DNA of 64,000 nucleotides from Macrostomum lignano (Eukaryota): NCBI GenBank assembly GCA_002269645.1, contig NIVC01001809.1, positions 124,001 to 188,000 of the forward strand, read 5' to 3'. Shown piece by piece: positions 13,562 to 26,156 of this stretch (position 1 is its first letter; each line of letters starts with the position of its first letter). The notes under the pieces were generated by a model. It saw only the letters and a program-made list of their open reading frames with translations, ran no database searches and was not told where the DNA came from. The position numbers and the translations under genes were made by a program.

Positions 13562-13746
13562 CTGAAAGGATTGATGCATTTGTGACGGATCGCTGACTAT
13601 CGTCCTTGGTGGGACATGCGGCTGTGACAACTCTACGTGTGATGCAGCTGACTTGCAAGCCTCACCTGCTAACTAACGATCCGTTAGGACAGCTTTCCCA
13701 GCTGCCCCAGTCAGTTTTCGCTTTCGGTGTCTAGGTAGCTGCCCAC

Positions 13747-14148
13747 CGATTGCCTGCAATGTTGCAAGCGGAGGCGCCAGCAGCTGAGAAGCTTCCGGCT
13801 GGGCATGGCCTGTAGGCGGCCGCTCCAGCTGGGGAGAAGTAGCCCGGCTGGCACTTGCTGCACTTCGCTGCTCCGGCTTTGCTCGAGCTGCCGGCGGGAC
13901 ACTTCACGCAGGCTGGGGAGCCGCTGAAGCTGACGAAGCTGCCGGAAGGGCAGGGCGTGCAGCTCGACAAGCCGTCCGTGGTGGCCATCGAGCCCTTGGC
14001 GCACTTCTGGCAGCTCGAAGAGCCCCAGCTGGCGGCGAAGCTGCCCGGCCAGCACTTGGAGCAGGCGGCTGCACCTGAGCGGCTGTATGAGCCTGGCGGG
14101 CACTTCTGGCATTTGGACTTCATGGTTGTCCCCCTATAGGTGCCGGCG
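13747..14148 (-). CDS. Exon encoding GCC2/GCC3 (ephrin-receptor-like / TNFR-like) Cys-rich repeats
   Basis: Regular CxxCPxGSY/F repeats (KCQKCPPGSYSRSGAAACSKCWPGSF...); acceptor CTGCAG at 14149-14154; candidate donor at 13746. Confidence 0.8.
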
Positions 14149-14221
14149 CTGCAGAGGTGGTACATGAAATAAATGTCTTCACTTAGCTGGTGACCGGCCT
14201 GGCCCATTGTGTGGCCCATAA

Positions 14222-14583
<362 letters not shown>

Positions 14584-14629
14584 TCGGCAATCTTCTGCTT
14601 AATACCGCACTGACAAACTCAGCCTGGCC

Positions 14630-15056
14630 ATGCCTCTCTGCAGGATCCTCTGCGCTGCTCCGATCCTGAGCTGCCTCATCTGCGCCGCTCTCTGCCGCCA
14701 GTTCCAGATTTCGGAACTCGGCTGCTTCGTTGACGGCGTGAATGGCGTGAGAGACGTCGTAGACATGAAGCACATTGGCCTCACACGGATCGGCAGCTCC
14801 GAGGTGTCTCCGATAGACGATGCCAGTTGCGCTTTTGTCAGAAGCAACTTGATGATGACTCACGAGCTGTGCGGCAGCGTGCGCTCTGGGCGGCTTCCAG
14901 TTCGCGGCTCTGCAGGCCATATACTATTGCTTCTGCGGCAACTCCTACGGGTCTCAGGGCGCTGCACCTTACTCGGACTGCGCCTATTCTTGCAATGGAA
15001 ACTCGGGCCAGAACTGCGGAGGCGACCACCGAAACTGGGTGCTCCGGCTGAGCTGA
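14630..15056 (+). CDS. Secreted WSC-domain protein with a frameshift near 14880 (pseudogene or assembly error)
   Basis: Signal-like MPLCRILCAAPILSCLICAALC, then LGCFVD...MTHELCGSV. After restoring 2 nt: CALGGFQFAALQAIYYCFCGNSYGSQGAAPYSDCAYSCNGNSGQNCGGDHRNWVLRLS*, a canonical WSC Cys pattern. Confidence 0.8.
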
Positions 15057-16059
15057 GCAGCGAATTCTGTCAATAGTGCTCCTGAACCAAAAGCTAGTTG
15101 CTTTAATCTCAAACCAAATTAACTGCAAGTTTTTATTTTTAATTTAAATTTTTTGGTTAACAGCCCAGCGAACTCAATGGAATTTCCTATTCAAACAGAG
15201 CATACCACCCAGCTGTGACTAAATGAGGAATTTTGCTGTAGTAGGGCAGAAAGGAATTTATTTTCAAGGGAAATTGATCAAAATATTTTTATTCAAACAT
15301 TTTATTTTATGCAACAGTGGCAAAGCAATTTAAAGTAATGATGAGAAAGTGATGATGCCCGTTTAATGCTCGGTGGCTCACGAAAGCCAGCATGATGAAT
15401 TTTGGGAATTTTTCATGAGTGAATCATTTAATGTTCTTAGACTTAATGCCCTGGGGTAGGATGATGTTCTGTGCCGGGCACCCCCCCATAGATGTTTGTA
15501 CTGCATTCAGACCTTTAAACTGCATCCATACCTACTAATTGCATCCAGAATTTTTAACTGCAGTCAAACCTTCAGGATCGATAAACCTTCAAACATTCAA
15601 ATGAGAGAATCAAACCTTCAGAATGAGACAGAAGGCGAGATGGTAAAGAAAAGTATAGAGAGAGAGAAAGGAAAGATAGGGAGATGAGAGAGGAGAGTGG
15701 AGAGAGATTAGTGGGTGAGAGAGGAAAGAGACAGGTGAGAGGGAGAGAGGTAGTAGACGGGGTAAGAAGTTTAGGCAGTAAATGTTAGTACCAAAGCTAA
15801 TTCAAGCAAACATTACTCGTAAATGCACGCATGCAATTTAGAAGGCAGGAAAAGGCAAGCAAGATTAGGAAAGCAGGGGGGAGGCCGCGGTTATCTTAGA
15901 CGCACAAGCAATAAAGCGGAGATCTGAGGGCCCATTAATGACCGCTGCCGTTTTGATGTCTATGACAAAATTGAAGGGGCGCGAAGGACCACTTTCTTAC
16001 TATTTTCTACGTATATGGCCAACCTAATCCAATCCTTTAGAAAGTTTCTTATCCAACTC

Positions 16060-16375
16060 CTTTTTGCTGGTTTAATCATTTAATGAGTACGTGGAGAAGA
16101 TTTCGACTGATAAGTACTTGAAAGGTGTTCCGAGCAGTGCAGTCTTTTTGCGGCCATGGCCGTAAACTACATCAACCCGTGCTATTTCGGTAAGCAGGCT
16201 GTTAGACACAACACGCTAGGTACGATGATGCGGACCATTTCTGAGAAAGGCCGAGCTGTCGAGGAAACATACACCTCATTGCATCAGAGCAACTGTTGTC
16301 ACGGAGCTGCACAATGCCGGGTTTTCATTGGAGGACACTGTGGAGGTGACTGGTCATCGTTCTGTTGAAGTGAAA
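16060..16375 (+). mobile_element. Crypton-type tyrosine recombinase remnant
   Basis: Across frameshifts: YFGKQAVRHNTLGTMMRTISEK ... YT(P)HCIRATVVTELHNAGFSLEDTVEVTGHRSVE, with the HxxR and TGHRS motifs of DUF3504/Crypton recombinases. Confidence 0.7.
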
Positions 16376-17019
16376 CGAAGGCGCCGTTAGCAAGAGGATG
16401 GGAGAAATCAGCCGACACGCGCGTGATGCGTGAACAAGCATCCAGCCTTGGCAGCAACTCCCCAGATGCACAAGATCTGCATGCCTAAAAATAGTCCTGA
16501 TGATCGGCGAGCAAGAAGCCCAGCCATGCGACCCTCGCGTGATGCATGCACAACCTCTGACCGACACTGCCTATTGGGCCTCGAAATCCCACTCTCTCTC
16601 CCTACTGCTCCTATTCCTCGTTGCTCGCGTACAGTGTGCTATCTTATAAAATATACTGATTGAAGAGGAAAGATCCTCGCCTGAAGTTTGAGAATGTGAC
16701 TCTAGAGATCACACAGAGAAAGTTACCATCGAGGTCCATTGTTCGTTGTCTTCCTGAACTGTTGGCAGAAGGAAACGATAATATGGGAAAAACCCATATA
16801 AATTGTCGTTTCACTGTTGTTTCAACGAGACGGAGCCATGACTGACCAACATATCTCATGCGATCAGTCGCAGTGGACATTGCAGCAGTGCAGTGCTTGC
16901 CGCCAATGGCCTGACTGCATCGTCTGTTGCTTCATCATCACCGTCTGGTAGCTTCAGCGGAGAGTTCAGCGGCTGCACCTTCAACATTTGCTATGACTAA
17001 TGGGGCAATGTTCTGAACT

Positions 17020-17560
17020 ACAAACCAAGGTCACGGTCTGGTGGCCGTGTAGCGATAGTGACGTGAAAACCTTTGTGCGGAGCTGCAGCGCCTGCGTCCT
17101 GTTCGAGAAGATGTTCAACCCAATCAAGGTCTCATGGTCAGCGACGGAGCTACCAGTGGGTCCATGGCGAAATCTAAGTCGACATGGTTGAAGAGTTGCC
17201 GGCAGCCGAGGAGCCGCAGTCCCATCGATTTTTCACTGTAGTCAACCATCTCCAAGTGGCCTGAGATCATCGCATCTTCATCTGTATCTGCAACTGCCTG
17301 TATCGAAGCCCTTCGCAGGCTCTTCGAAGCCAAGCACCGTTGGACTCCGTTATACTGCCCTTTCTACTTCTCAGCAGAATGGCGGAGTCGAGAGGTTCAA
17401 TGGCTTCTTGAGGATCTCTAAGCTGGCCTTTCTCGCTGACGGCGTGCCGGTGAGGCAGGCGGTTCAGGAGCTGCTGCTGACTTATCGGTCATCCGAGCAC
17501 GCGCTAACCAGGAAGTCGCCGCGCCGACAGAGCTGATGCTTGGACTCCACCTGCCCCTCG
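17020..17560 (+). mobile_element. Gypsy-type integrase remnant
   Basis: WWPCSDSDVKTFVRSCSAC (zinc-binding end), PW..L..D, KWPEII, QQNGGVERFNGFL, LLLTYRSSEHALTRKSP; frameshifted. Confidence 0.8.
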
Positions 17561-18799
17561 ATCGTCTTCAAACAGCAAGCACCGAGTCACCGACGGACCA
17601 TCACAGCGGAGCAAAAACAGCAGGGCAAGAGCCGCCGTCGGTTGTGCAAGCGGAACCGCAGTTGCGCATACAGCTCAGTTATTTTTGAAGCCCAAGCCTC
17701 AGATCCCCAACCCACACTTGGCCAGTCTGCAGCCGTGACGGCTTTCAATTGGATTGAAGGACATCTCATCCCGCACTCTTCATCGCTTTGAGCATTGCTC
17801 AGATAAAAATTGGGCGCAAAAGTATAATCTCATACAGCCATCAGTTCAGTCAATCAGTTTAACCCACCAGGGCTTTGCACCAAAGGAGAAAATTCGCTGC
17901 ATAAATTTGGTGCAAAAAGTAAAATTGAAGAAACTTCATTTTTCATTATCTTCTACAGCTCAGCGACTTGAATTGCATTCAAATTCTGTCGGTTAACTTT
18001 TTTTTTAATTTGCTCGGTCAAAAATTTAAAAAAAATTAAAAAAAATTATTTTGTTTTTAGAAACTATTGATTTTATAATTTCAACTCAGCATCAACATTG
18101 AAACTGAAATAACATGTCTATTATTTGATCTCAATTCAATTCATGGGAAGGACTTAAAGGCTATGAATTCATGCAGATGTATCGAAATGAAAATTGCTTG
18201 AAATTCCAGCCGCAAATAACTGGAATTTGAGTGGCTCGAAAACTCGGAAATTCCTAACTCCAGCGGCCTCTATAAATGCATCTCGCGGTCTCTGCAGAAA
18301 ACTTGAGACTCTTCGACAGCTAAGTGAGTCATAGAAATAAGCCACCAACTCAGCAATAATTCAGCACAGGTGAGTCATTTTCTCAGGCTGTACCATGAAT
18401 TGTGTGCCTCACTTGAGCCGCCTCCAGGTCAGTAGGATTTTGTGGCCAACTTAAAGCCCAAAATTCCATGCTTTATTTTTTGCCTCATCCAAGCAGCATT
18501 TAAATGGCTAAATATTTATTATGCATCTCACTTATTAGTTATGGATTATGCTTCATAGAATTTCCGAGAACACGTGCATGCCACATACATCAAATTGATC
18601 TTAAAATCAGCCAATAGATTCCTAAAAATTATTTTACCTTTTCCTGGCGTGCTGGTTGCATAAATTTACCACATTGGAATATTTTCCTGTCCTATAAATA
18701 ATTATGAGTTCGTTTTTGGTGCCGTCACGTGCACATGCAGGCATGTGCACTTATAGCAACTGACTAGCCCTCTGAACTCTTCTCCCTGCTTCCCCATCG

Positions 18800-18860
18800 C
18801 TCTCCCATCCCATCGCTCCCATCCCATCCCATCCCATCCCATCCCATCCCATCGCTCGCT
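18800..18860. repeat. (CCCAT)n short repeat
   Basis: Directly visible. Confidence 0.8.
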
Positions 18861-19124
18861 CCTTCCCCTTTAGTCAAAGCTGCTCTCACCAGGCCAAGTG
18901 TAATTATTTCAAAATCAGTAACAAAGGTTGAGTCGCAGATGATTCGTCAATTAAAAATCATATTTTCCCTGCTTGTTCCATTTCAAGCCTTCATGAATCT
19001 GTGCAGCATACTTGGGCACCCAATAACATTTTCTTGTTGGTCTCAAAGTGGCTGTATATTTTCCCGGCTTGTTTTATTCAAGTAAATGCAAGTAGGCGTT
19101 CCCCTGTTGTTTAACCCTTTCAGA

Positions 19125-19340
19125 ATGTTACCGACACTCCTCCTTTTCCTAAGTCTTACGGCAGTCCTGGTGCACCCAATAAGCGGCGCGTGCAACAAAC
19201 TCGATGGCGTCGGAGATGGGGGATGTTGGTTCAACAATCCGGGAAAGCGGGACGAGCGCTGCCGCAGCTGCCACGGCTGGAAGAGACACTGGTCGTACCC
19301 CTACTGGTTTGGCAGGTGCTTCTGCTGTTCATGCCCTTGA
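19125..19340 (+). CDS. Small secreted 8-cysteine peptide, defensin/mytilin-like (71 aa)
   Basis: ATG at 19125 directly after TTTCAG|A. 21-aa hydrophobic signal MLPTLLLFLSLTAVLVHPISG; 50-aa mature region ACNKLDGVGDGGCWFNNPGKRDERCRSCHGWKRHWSYPYWFGRCFCCSCP. Confidence 0.75.
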   Translation: MLPTLLLFLSLTAVLVHPISGACNKLDGVGDGGCWFNNPGKRDERCRSCHGWKRHWSYPYWFGRCFCCSCP

Positions 19341-20499
19341 GCGTATGCGACATCTGAGTTACAATTATAACATTGCATGCGACTTCGGTTGCATTATCGT
19401 TTTGGAAGTAAAAGTTGTACAACTGCGTAGTGATCGTGCAAGAGTATGCGGCCAATGCAACACCTTTAATTCGTGATGGATAATAACAAAAATATTAACT
19501 AGCAAAAAATACACACGTTTTTTATCTTCTCTTCCCTTATTACACAGCTTTTCTTCAAATCGGACAAAAATTATACATCCAAAAATGAATTTAATTTTGG
19601 TTAAGCAAAACATGCAAAATATCAGAGCCAGACGTAGGTCAGGGCTCGAGCGAATGATGGAGCGTCCATGTTTAAAGGCGATATCGCCCCAAAGATAAAA
19701 TCGATAGAAAGAGGTGGAGTGTGTAAGCGCGTAAATCAGTTCGCATGGTCTGTACATTAAAAGGAGTCAGAGACTCTTAAAAATGCAGTCTGTCTACTCA
19801 TTTTGCGCTGTTTTGAATTATAAGTGGCTGTATTTGATTTTTTCCAGAACTGCCTGGCCAATTTCTGCTAAATTAGTAAAACTGTATTTTCCCGTGGTCA
19901 TGCAGATAGCGCTTTTCGATGAAAAATTCGAATGCGTCTAATGTTATAAAAACTACTAGCAATCTACGCCCCCCGTTGGGGAGCCAAAGAAATGCAATGC
20001 ACGTTTTTTAATTAGTTACTTGTAGACTTAAATCTTTAAAAAATCTCCTGTCAAACTTCTAACCCCATGCAACCCTAATCCTAAATCATTAACATTTCAG
20101 TAATTCTCCCCAAGAGTCATTATAGCACTGCAGCATTATAGCGATTCCCAGCAAGCCTCGACATCGTTGTGTAACAGTTGCCTATTATTTTGCCTATTTG
20201 CCTATTTTTGTCTATTTTGTCTACTGATTTCACGTATAATACGACTATTTTTCTAAAAACTACAAGAAATTATTTGTGCCTACATAAATAAATATTTTAT
20301 ATCGTTAGTAGTAATTATTAGTCTCGATTAGTAGCCTACCGTATAATCTAGTGCTTTATTAGTTTAAATGCGTCCGCCATTTTGTTAGCAAATCCTATAT
20401 AAGCAAGAAAATATATCGAGAAAGAAAAGATAACCTGCTTAACCGGCTTCGTTCGCTGAGACCTCCGCTAGTCTAGGTATTCAGCGGTTGTAACTGAAC

Positions 20500-21212
20500 A
20501 TTGTTCCAAAAAAATAGCTCCGTCTTAGTCATTTAAAGGCGTTCCGCCTTTCTTCCCCTGCGAAGCTTGTACAGTTAGAAGTGTTTGAAACTTCTCTCCC
20601 CTTCCCCGGGACGTTCAGTCCTACCCCCGAGTTTTTGCCCCTTTCCCTTCTCCCAGCGGAACTGGCGCCCGCCGCTTCTGCCCCTCCCCCCTTTTAGTGG
20701 ACAGTCTGTCTGCTCAGGTGTACAGCCTTATTCCCTCAGACGTACAGTCTGCCCCCCGGCATCCCCGCTCCCAATCCCAACCCTTCCTAGTCGAAATTTC
20801 CCGCATTCATTAGGCAGATTGCCTTCTTATTTAATGCTGTCAGCATTCCCTATTAATATTTAGAAATTCCCCATTAGTACGCTTTCCCAGGCAACTCCGA
20901 TCCATCGCGAAGCCCTTAATTCCCCTCTCCCATCTATATTCCCCGGACTGAGAATAGAAAATTGTGTCTTGCCGCTCGGACACACCACGCCACCAGGAGC
21001 AACCTACGGCTTACTCCTGTTAGTAGTATAAATTGCGCAGTTCATCCCAAATCCTGAGAAACTCCCGAAAATCCCCGGTAAATCCTACAACAGTTTAGTG
21101 TCAAGAAAAGGATAAACTTCCCCTCCCCCACACCCCTACGACAGATTTGGGATTCATAAGCAGATAGTCAAGAGCCCTACAACAGTTTTGGTAGCAGCGT
21201 TGTGATTAAACC
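20500..21212 (+). mobile_element. Probable LTR followed by a tRNA-Leu-like primer-binding site
   Basis: ...CCCTACAACA (ends 21184)-GTTT-TGGTAGCAGCGTTGTGATTAAACC resembles TGGTAGCAGCGGTGGGATTCGAACC; TATAAA at ~21026. Left boundary uncertain. Confidence 0.45.
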
Positions 21213-21269
21213 ACAGGCGAAAGTTTACCCTAGAACAGTTGGTATTCCCAAATGAATCTCTTAACTTCG

Positions 21270-22430
21270 ACATGACGCTTCTTTTATTTTTTACATGAAA
21301 CCCCCCCCCCCCACGTGAGGAGCCCAACAAATAATGTAATAAAAAGTTTTGAATAAACTACATGTAGCTTCTGAGTCCTGACTTTAGCCTTGACATCTCA
21401 GTTATTCACCCGTGAGCCTTGACATCTCAGCTAGCCCCCGTAAGCTTCGAAATGATAGTAATTCTTCCCAAGAGTCACAGCACACAGTTTCATGTGAAGC
21501 TTTTTACATGACGCTTCTTTTATGTCTGACATGACGTTTCTTTTATTTTTGACATGAGGTTTCTTTTATGTTTGACATGACGTTTCTTTTATGTTTGACA
21601 TTACGTTTCTTTTATGTTTGACATTACGTTTCTTTTATGTTTGACATTACGTTTCTTTTATGTTTAACATTACGTTTCTTTTATGTTTGACATTACGTTT
21701 CTTTTATGTTTGACATTACGTTTCTTTTATGTTTGACATTACGTTTCATTTATGTTTGACATTACGTTTCTTTTATGTTTGACATGATGCTTTCTTGTCA
21801 AGGCTTTCTACCTTTGAGTAAACTACATGGTTTACACTACCTGTTTAACCAACAGCTTCTCTTTGCAATAACCTCAGCAATCTCTTGTGAGCCTTGACAT
21901 CTCAGAAATTCTTCTTCCCTAAGCCTTGGCATATTAGTCACCCCCCCCCCCCTAAGAATCACAGCATAATAGCAATTCCCTCAAAGCCTTGACATCGTAT
22001 CAATTCCCAAATGAATATTTTAACTTCGACATGACTCTTCTTTTATCTCTACATAATGCTTCTTTTCTTTTTTCATGACGCTTCTTCTATCAGCGCCCCT
22101 CCCCGTGGCGAGCCAACAAAAAATGTAATAAAACATTTGAGTAAACTACATGTAGCTTCTGGCTTTTGCCAACAGTTATTCTCCGTGAGCCTTGACATCT
22201 CATGAATTCTCCCTAACAGTCACAGCACAGTTTTATGCGACGTTTCGTCTATTTTTCAATGACGCTTCTACGATTTTTTACATGACGATTTTATTACTTT
22301 TTACATGACGCTTCTATCATTTTTTACATAACGCTTCTATCATTTTTACATGACGCTTCTTTTACTTTTTACAAGACGCTTACATGATTTTTTCATGACA
22401 CTTATACGATTGTTTACATGACGCTTCTTT
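21270..22430 (-). repeat. 23-bp satellite (CATGACGTTTCTTTTATGTTTGA and variants), inverted relative to 9140-12125, mixed with a ~760-bp-spaced duplicated block
   Basis: Reverse complement rotates to CATGTCAAACATAAAAGAAACGT. The block TCCCAAATGAAT...AAACTACATGTAGCTTCTG occurs at ~21250 and ~22005. Confidence 0.85.
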
Positions 22431-22639
22431 TACTTTAGTGACCAGCCCCACGAAAGCAGAAGACGGCAATTTGGCCAAGCGAGAGCGAAAGCAAAGCGGA
22501 GCGCACAAAGCGAAGCGGCCTCCGACTAACTATACGAGCGTATATTGTTATAAAAAAAGACAAGTATTGGAGTTTAAAATTAAATGTTCATGCGTAAGAA
22601 AAAAAATTATAGCAGCGAAAACACTGAACCCTTTCTGAA

Positions 22640-23330
22640 GCCAGCCGCAGAAAATTTCTCGCGGAGGAAGCGGTCCAGGTTAGCAGGCGCTGGCCGCTCC
22701 TGCCGTCGCGGTACGACCAAAGCGGCGAATCAGCGGTGCGCGCTCCGCTGGCACGAACGTGCAGCTCGACAGCTCTCACCGGGCACAGAGCGGGCCGATG
22801 TGACAGCCTCGGCAGGAGCACTCGGTGACTGTGCTCCCTGAACTGGATCGTCTTGCCGAACTCGCAGCGAAGAACCAGACCTTTCGGATGCTTGAACAGA
22901 TCAGCGCGCCGCCTCAGTGCCGGGCCCTTTCCAGTTCAGGGGAGTAGGCTGGACTTTTGCAGCATTTCCCAGATGGTCACAGCCCATCAGAATCGTCCAC
23001 CAGCCTTCGCATCCGCATCAGCATCGTGGGCGACACCGGCCTTTTCCGACAAGCACGCAGTCCGAGGACCCGCTTGGCACCACGCAATAAGTGAACAGTG
23101 GCGGCATGCTTGGTCAGGTCTGGTGCGGAGTTTAATCGGAACCAGACCGAGAACTGGCGACCGCTGAGATGCTGCTGTAGGCATGCAGGCGCGTGCCGAC
23201 AAGGCTGGCAATAAAGTTGAGCAGACTAGAGATGTTGCAGCACAGCGGGTCCCAGCCAGATTGACGGCAGAACTCCCGCCACTCGCGCACGTGCCTGTTG
23301 ACTGCTTGTCGTGACCTCGGCGCATAGTCG
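22640..23330 (-). pseudogene. Tyrosine recombinase of the YR element (frameshifted, C-terminus missing)
   Basis: YAPRSRQAVNRHVREWREFC (core-binding), LLRGAKRVLGLRACRKRPVSPTML, LQKSSLLP, FGKTIQFREHSHRVLLP, LCPVRAV; no HSxR catalytic segment seen. Confidence 0.8.
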
Positions 23331-23334
23331 GCGT

Positions 23335-23808
23335 TCAGCAGCTGTGCAGGGCGGCCGCTGAGAGAGTCTGGTGCAGCTTGGCGGCCTGAAAATGAAGAAA
23401 AGAGGCGGTGGCCGAGCCAAAAGCGTGTAGATGCAGCGTTTGGAGTACATAAAGGCAAATCGACCCAAAACAACGGAGTAAAAAAATTTTCGACTGATTA
23501 AGCTCATGAAGGTGTGAGGCGGCATCTGCAAATATCTGAAATTCACCCGGAACATAAAAAGCACGAACGCTAATGCCGAAGCGCAAACTCATCAGCGCAA
23601 CTGTCTGCAGCAGCCGCTGCAGTTCCGGACACTTTAAAATACCTTTGTTTATGATGTAGCATGCCGCCTGGTTGTCGCAGTAGATGTTCACCTTGCAGCC
23701 TCTTAGCTCATCCTTCCACCGCATCAGCGCCAACAGGGGGGCCGCTGCCTCTTTGTAATTAATTGGCATCTCCGCGAAAACAGCATCCGCATCCTTCTTC
23801 CAGTCCAA
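23335..23808 (-). CDS. DIRS-type RNase H of the YR element
   Basis: ELRGCKVNIYCDNQAACYIINKG ... AFYVPGEFQIFADAAS; preceded in another frame by IESDACGSGGAA. Confidence 0.8.
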   Translation of the reverse strand: MDWKKDADAVFAEMPINYKEAAAPLLALMRWKDELRGCKVNIYCDNQAACYIINKGILKCPELQRLLQTVALMSLRFGISVRAFYVPGEFQIFADAASHLHELNQSKIFLLRCFGSICLYVLQTLHLHAFGSATASFLHFQAAKLHQTLSAAALHSC

Positions 23809-24998
23809 TTAACACCAGTCCCACCAACCGCCTGCACCACGCAACGGCGCCGCACCACCGCTACCACACGCATCAGACTCGATCGCGAAGGCGCCCGCAT
23901 AGCACAGCCGCATCCAATTACAAGACTGCAGTGCAACCTTCCTCCAGTTCAACTGACTTCGCAGTCCAGCGTCGACTAGCGTCTTTTGCCCACGCTTCAA
24001 AGTGTTACACCGCTCAATCAACTCACGTAAAAAGGTTTTTCCACGGCTGATGACCTGCGCTGCCCATCCTAGCTTTCCAATAACTCGTTGCAGTGCCCGC
24101 TGGCTTATCCTCACCTTGGCCGACTCCACACCGATCAACGCAACCAGGTTCTTTGCCTTCTCGTCCGGCAGCTTCTTGATCCCTTCGACCGTTTCGAATT
24201 CAATGCCGAGAAAGGACATTCGCTGCAATGGCGGCTGGCACTTTGATTGTTTGATGGTAAAGCCTAGTCGCGTCAGCAGGTTGATCAGCTGGTCAAAGAA
24301 GCGCTGGCAGTTTTCCTGGGTCCCGCAGAAGGCGAAGTCGTCCAGGTAGGACTCCGTATTGATAAAGCCACGGCGTACCATCATTAGATGAACAGCATTA
24401 CTAAGCCGGTGAAAGCACGTGACCGAAGCTGCTGCACCAAACGGCAAACGCGTGTCGTACAGATACGTCGTTCTAGACTGGTGGTGAAACTGGAATTTGA
24501 GGCCGGTGTTCACAAAGTCGTCGGGGTGCACGCCACATGCGCAGTATGATTCACTCAGGTCAACTCTGGTCATGCAGCAGCCCTTCCACAGTTTTCTGGC
24601 AAGGCTTTCAGCACTTGCACCAAAGTCCCACCGGGAATTAACGAATAGACCGTTGACGGTTTTAACGTTGACCGTTAACGGTCGACTGCAGTCGTGGATT
24701 AAACGCACCCGACCGTCATCCTTGGGCAAGGCTCCCAGAGCACTGACAGTCCGCGGCCGCCACCCGTTGATGCATGGGCGGTAGCGGTTCAGATGAAGCT
24801 CCAGATGAAAATCTGTGCTTCAACAGCTTCGAAGTGGGCAGTGAAAGACTCGTAATTGCTGACCTCGACTGGTTTCCGGGCTTCCTGCTGCACATTCGTG
24901 ATGCGAAAGCCCTCAGCAACACCATCCAGGATAAACTTCTTCCTAACAGGCGGCAAATCAACCAACTCCAACTCCTCGATCCAAGCGTTCAGGTTCAA
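23809..24998 (-). CDS. Reverse transcriptase of the YR element (interrupted N-terminus)
   Basis: RLIHDCSRP, DLSESY, YDTRLPFG, YLDDF, SFLGIEF, LQRVIGKLGWAAQV; upstream fragment WIEEL...FILDGVAEGFRI. Confidence 0.92.
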
Positions 24999-25043
24999 AT
25001 CAGTAGATAAAACATGGGAGTTAAAAGCAGAATTAATGCCCAG

Positions 25044-26156
25044 TCAGTGCAGCGGTCTCCCAGCTTCACCACTTCCATCCTTGTGTGCCATCGCCTCAGA
25101 GTGGCCGAGCCCACAGCGCCGACACCGGTGAGAAAATCGGCAGTTACGCCTCGCGCATCCAGACTCCTTGTTGTGATCGAAGCATACCGGGTTCTGACTT
25201 CGCTTCAGCGACTTGTCCGTGCTCGCACCAGTTACCTTCATCGGAGCCATCAGGTAGGTCGCGACGAGCCCTAGGTTGGATCCGCACGATTCCCAGGACG
25301 ACCCGCCAGTGTGGCTCAGCCTGCATTCATCATCAAACCTCATCACGCGAGCCTTGTCAAAGCCGAGGTCGAACAACTCTCCAATGCGGATAGTGTAGCG
25401 CAGGTAGTCACGCAAGCCCGACACGTCAGGTTGACCCACTGCTCCTGGCCCGCTTTTAACCAAGGTGCCATCATCTAACAGTTTTAACATAATGCGTGCG
25501 TTTGCAGAGATCCAGTCGCCCATCTTTAGCGAGTCGATAGCACTTTCTTTAACTTAGAAGACGAATTTACCAGATCTGTCCAGTGACTGTGCGATACCAG
25601 CGTCCTGTTGTTTCCGTTTGCTAATAAACTCTGGGATCCGGAACACCTTGCACGTCTCCTGTCTAGCGGTCTCCCGTTGCCCCTCCTCCTCATCGTCAGA
25701 CCACAGATTCATCAGCAACTCACCGGGCTTTTTCCGGGGCTCAGTCTTCTGAAGCTCGTTGACTTCCGCTTGCAACTGGGCAGCCTCCTTGCGCAGTTTC
25801 AGCAGACGTAGCTGCTTCTCCGCCTCCGCCAGCTCGTCGTCCAGGCCGCCAGCTGCACCAGACGCTGATCCCCCAGTTGCCTCGAGGTTGACCCTGGCCA
25901 CCGGCTGCTGCTGCTGTTCCACAGTGGCGCTGCAGGGCTTTCTTCGCGTTGTTGCCGTATCAGAGTCTACCCGTTGAACATCTTCGTCATCGTCATTCTC
26001 GAGGTCAGACGCAATGCCATCTAGATACGTACGCAGTCGCTGTAAAAGTTCGCCTTTGTTGCCTTGCACGGAGAGTCCTAGGCTCTGAAGTTTCTCACGT
26101 AATGCCTTTACAATGCTAGGCACTGTCAGATCAATTTGGGCCTCAGAGTCAAACAT
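25044..26156 (-). CDS. Gag-like ORF1 of the YR element (SAP domain; C-terminal Cys/His finger), split by a stop
   Basis: LTVPSIVKALREKLQSLGLSVQGNKGELLQRL (SAP-like) and VCFDHNKESGCARRNCRFSHRCRRCGLGH. Confidence 0.75.
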
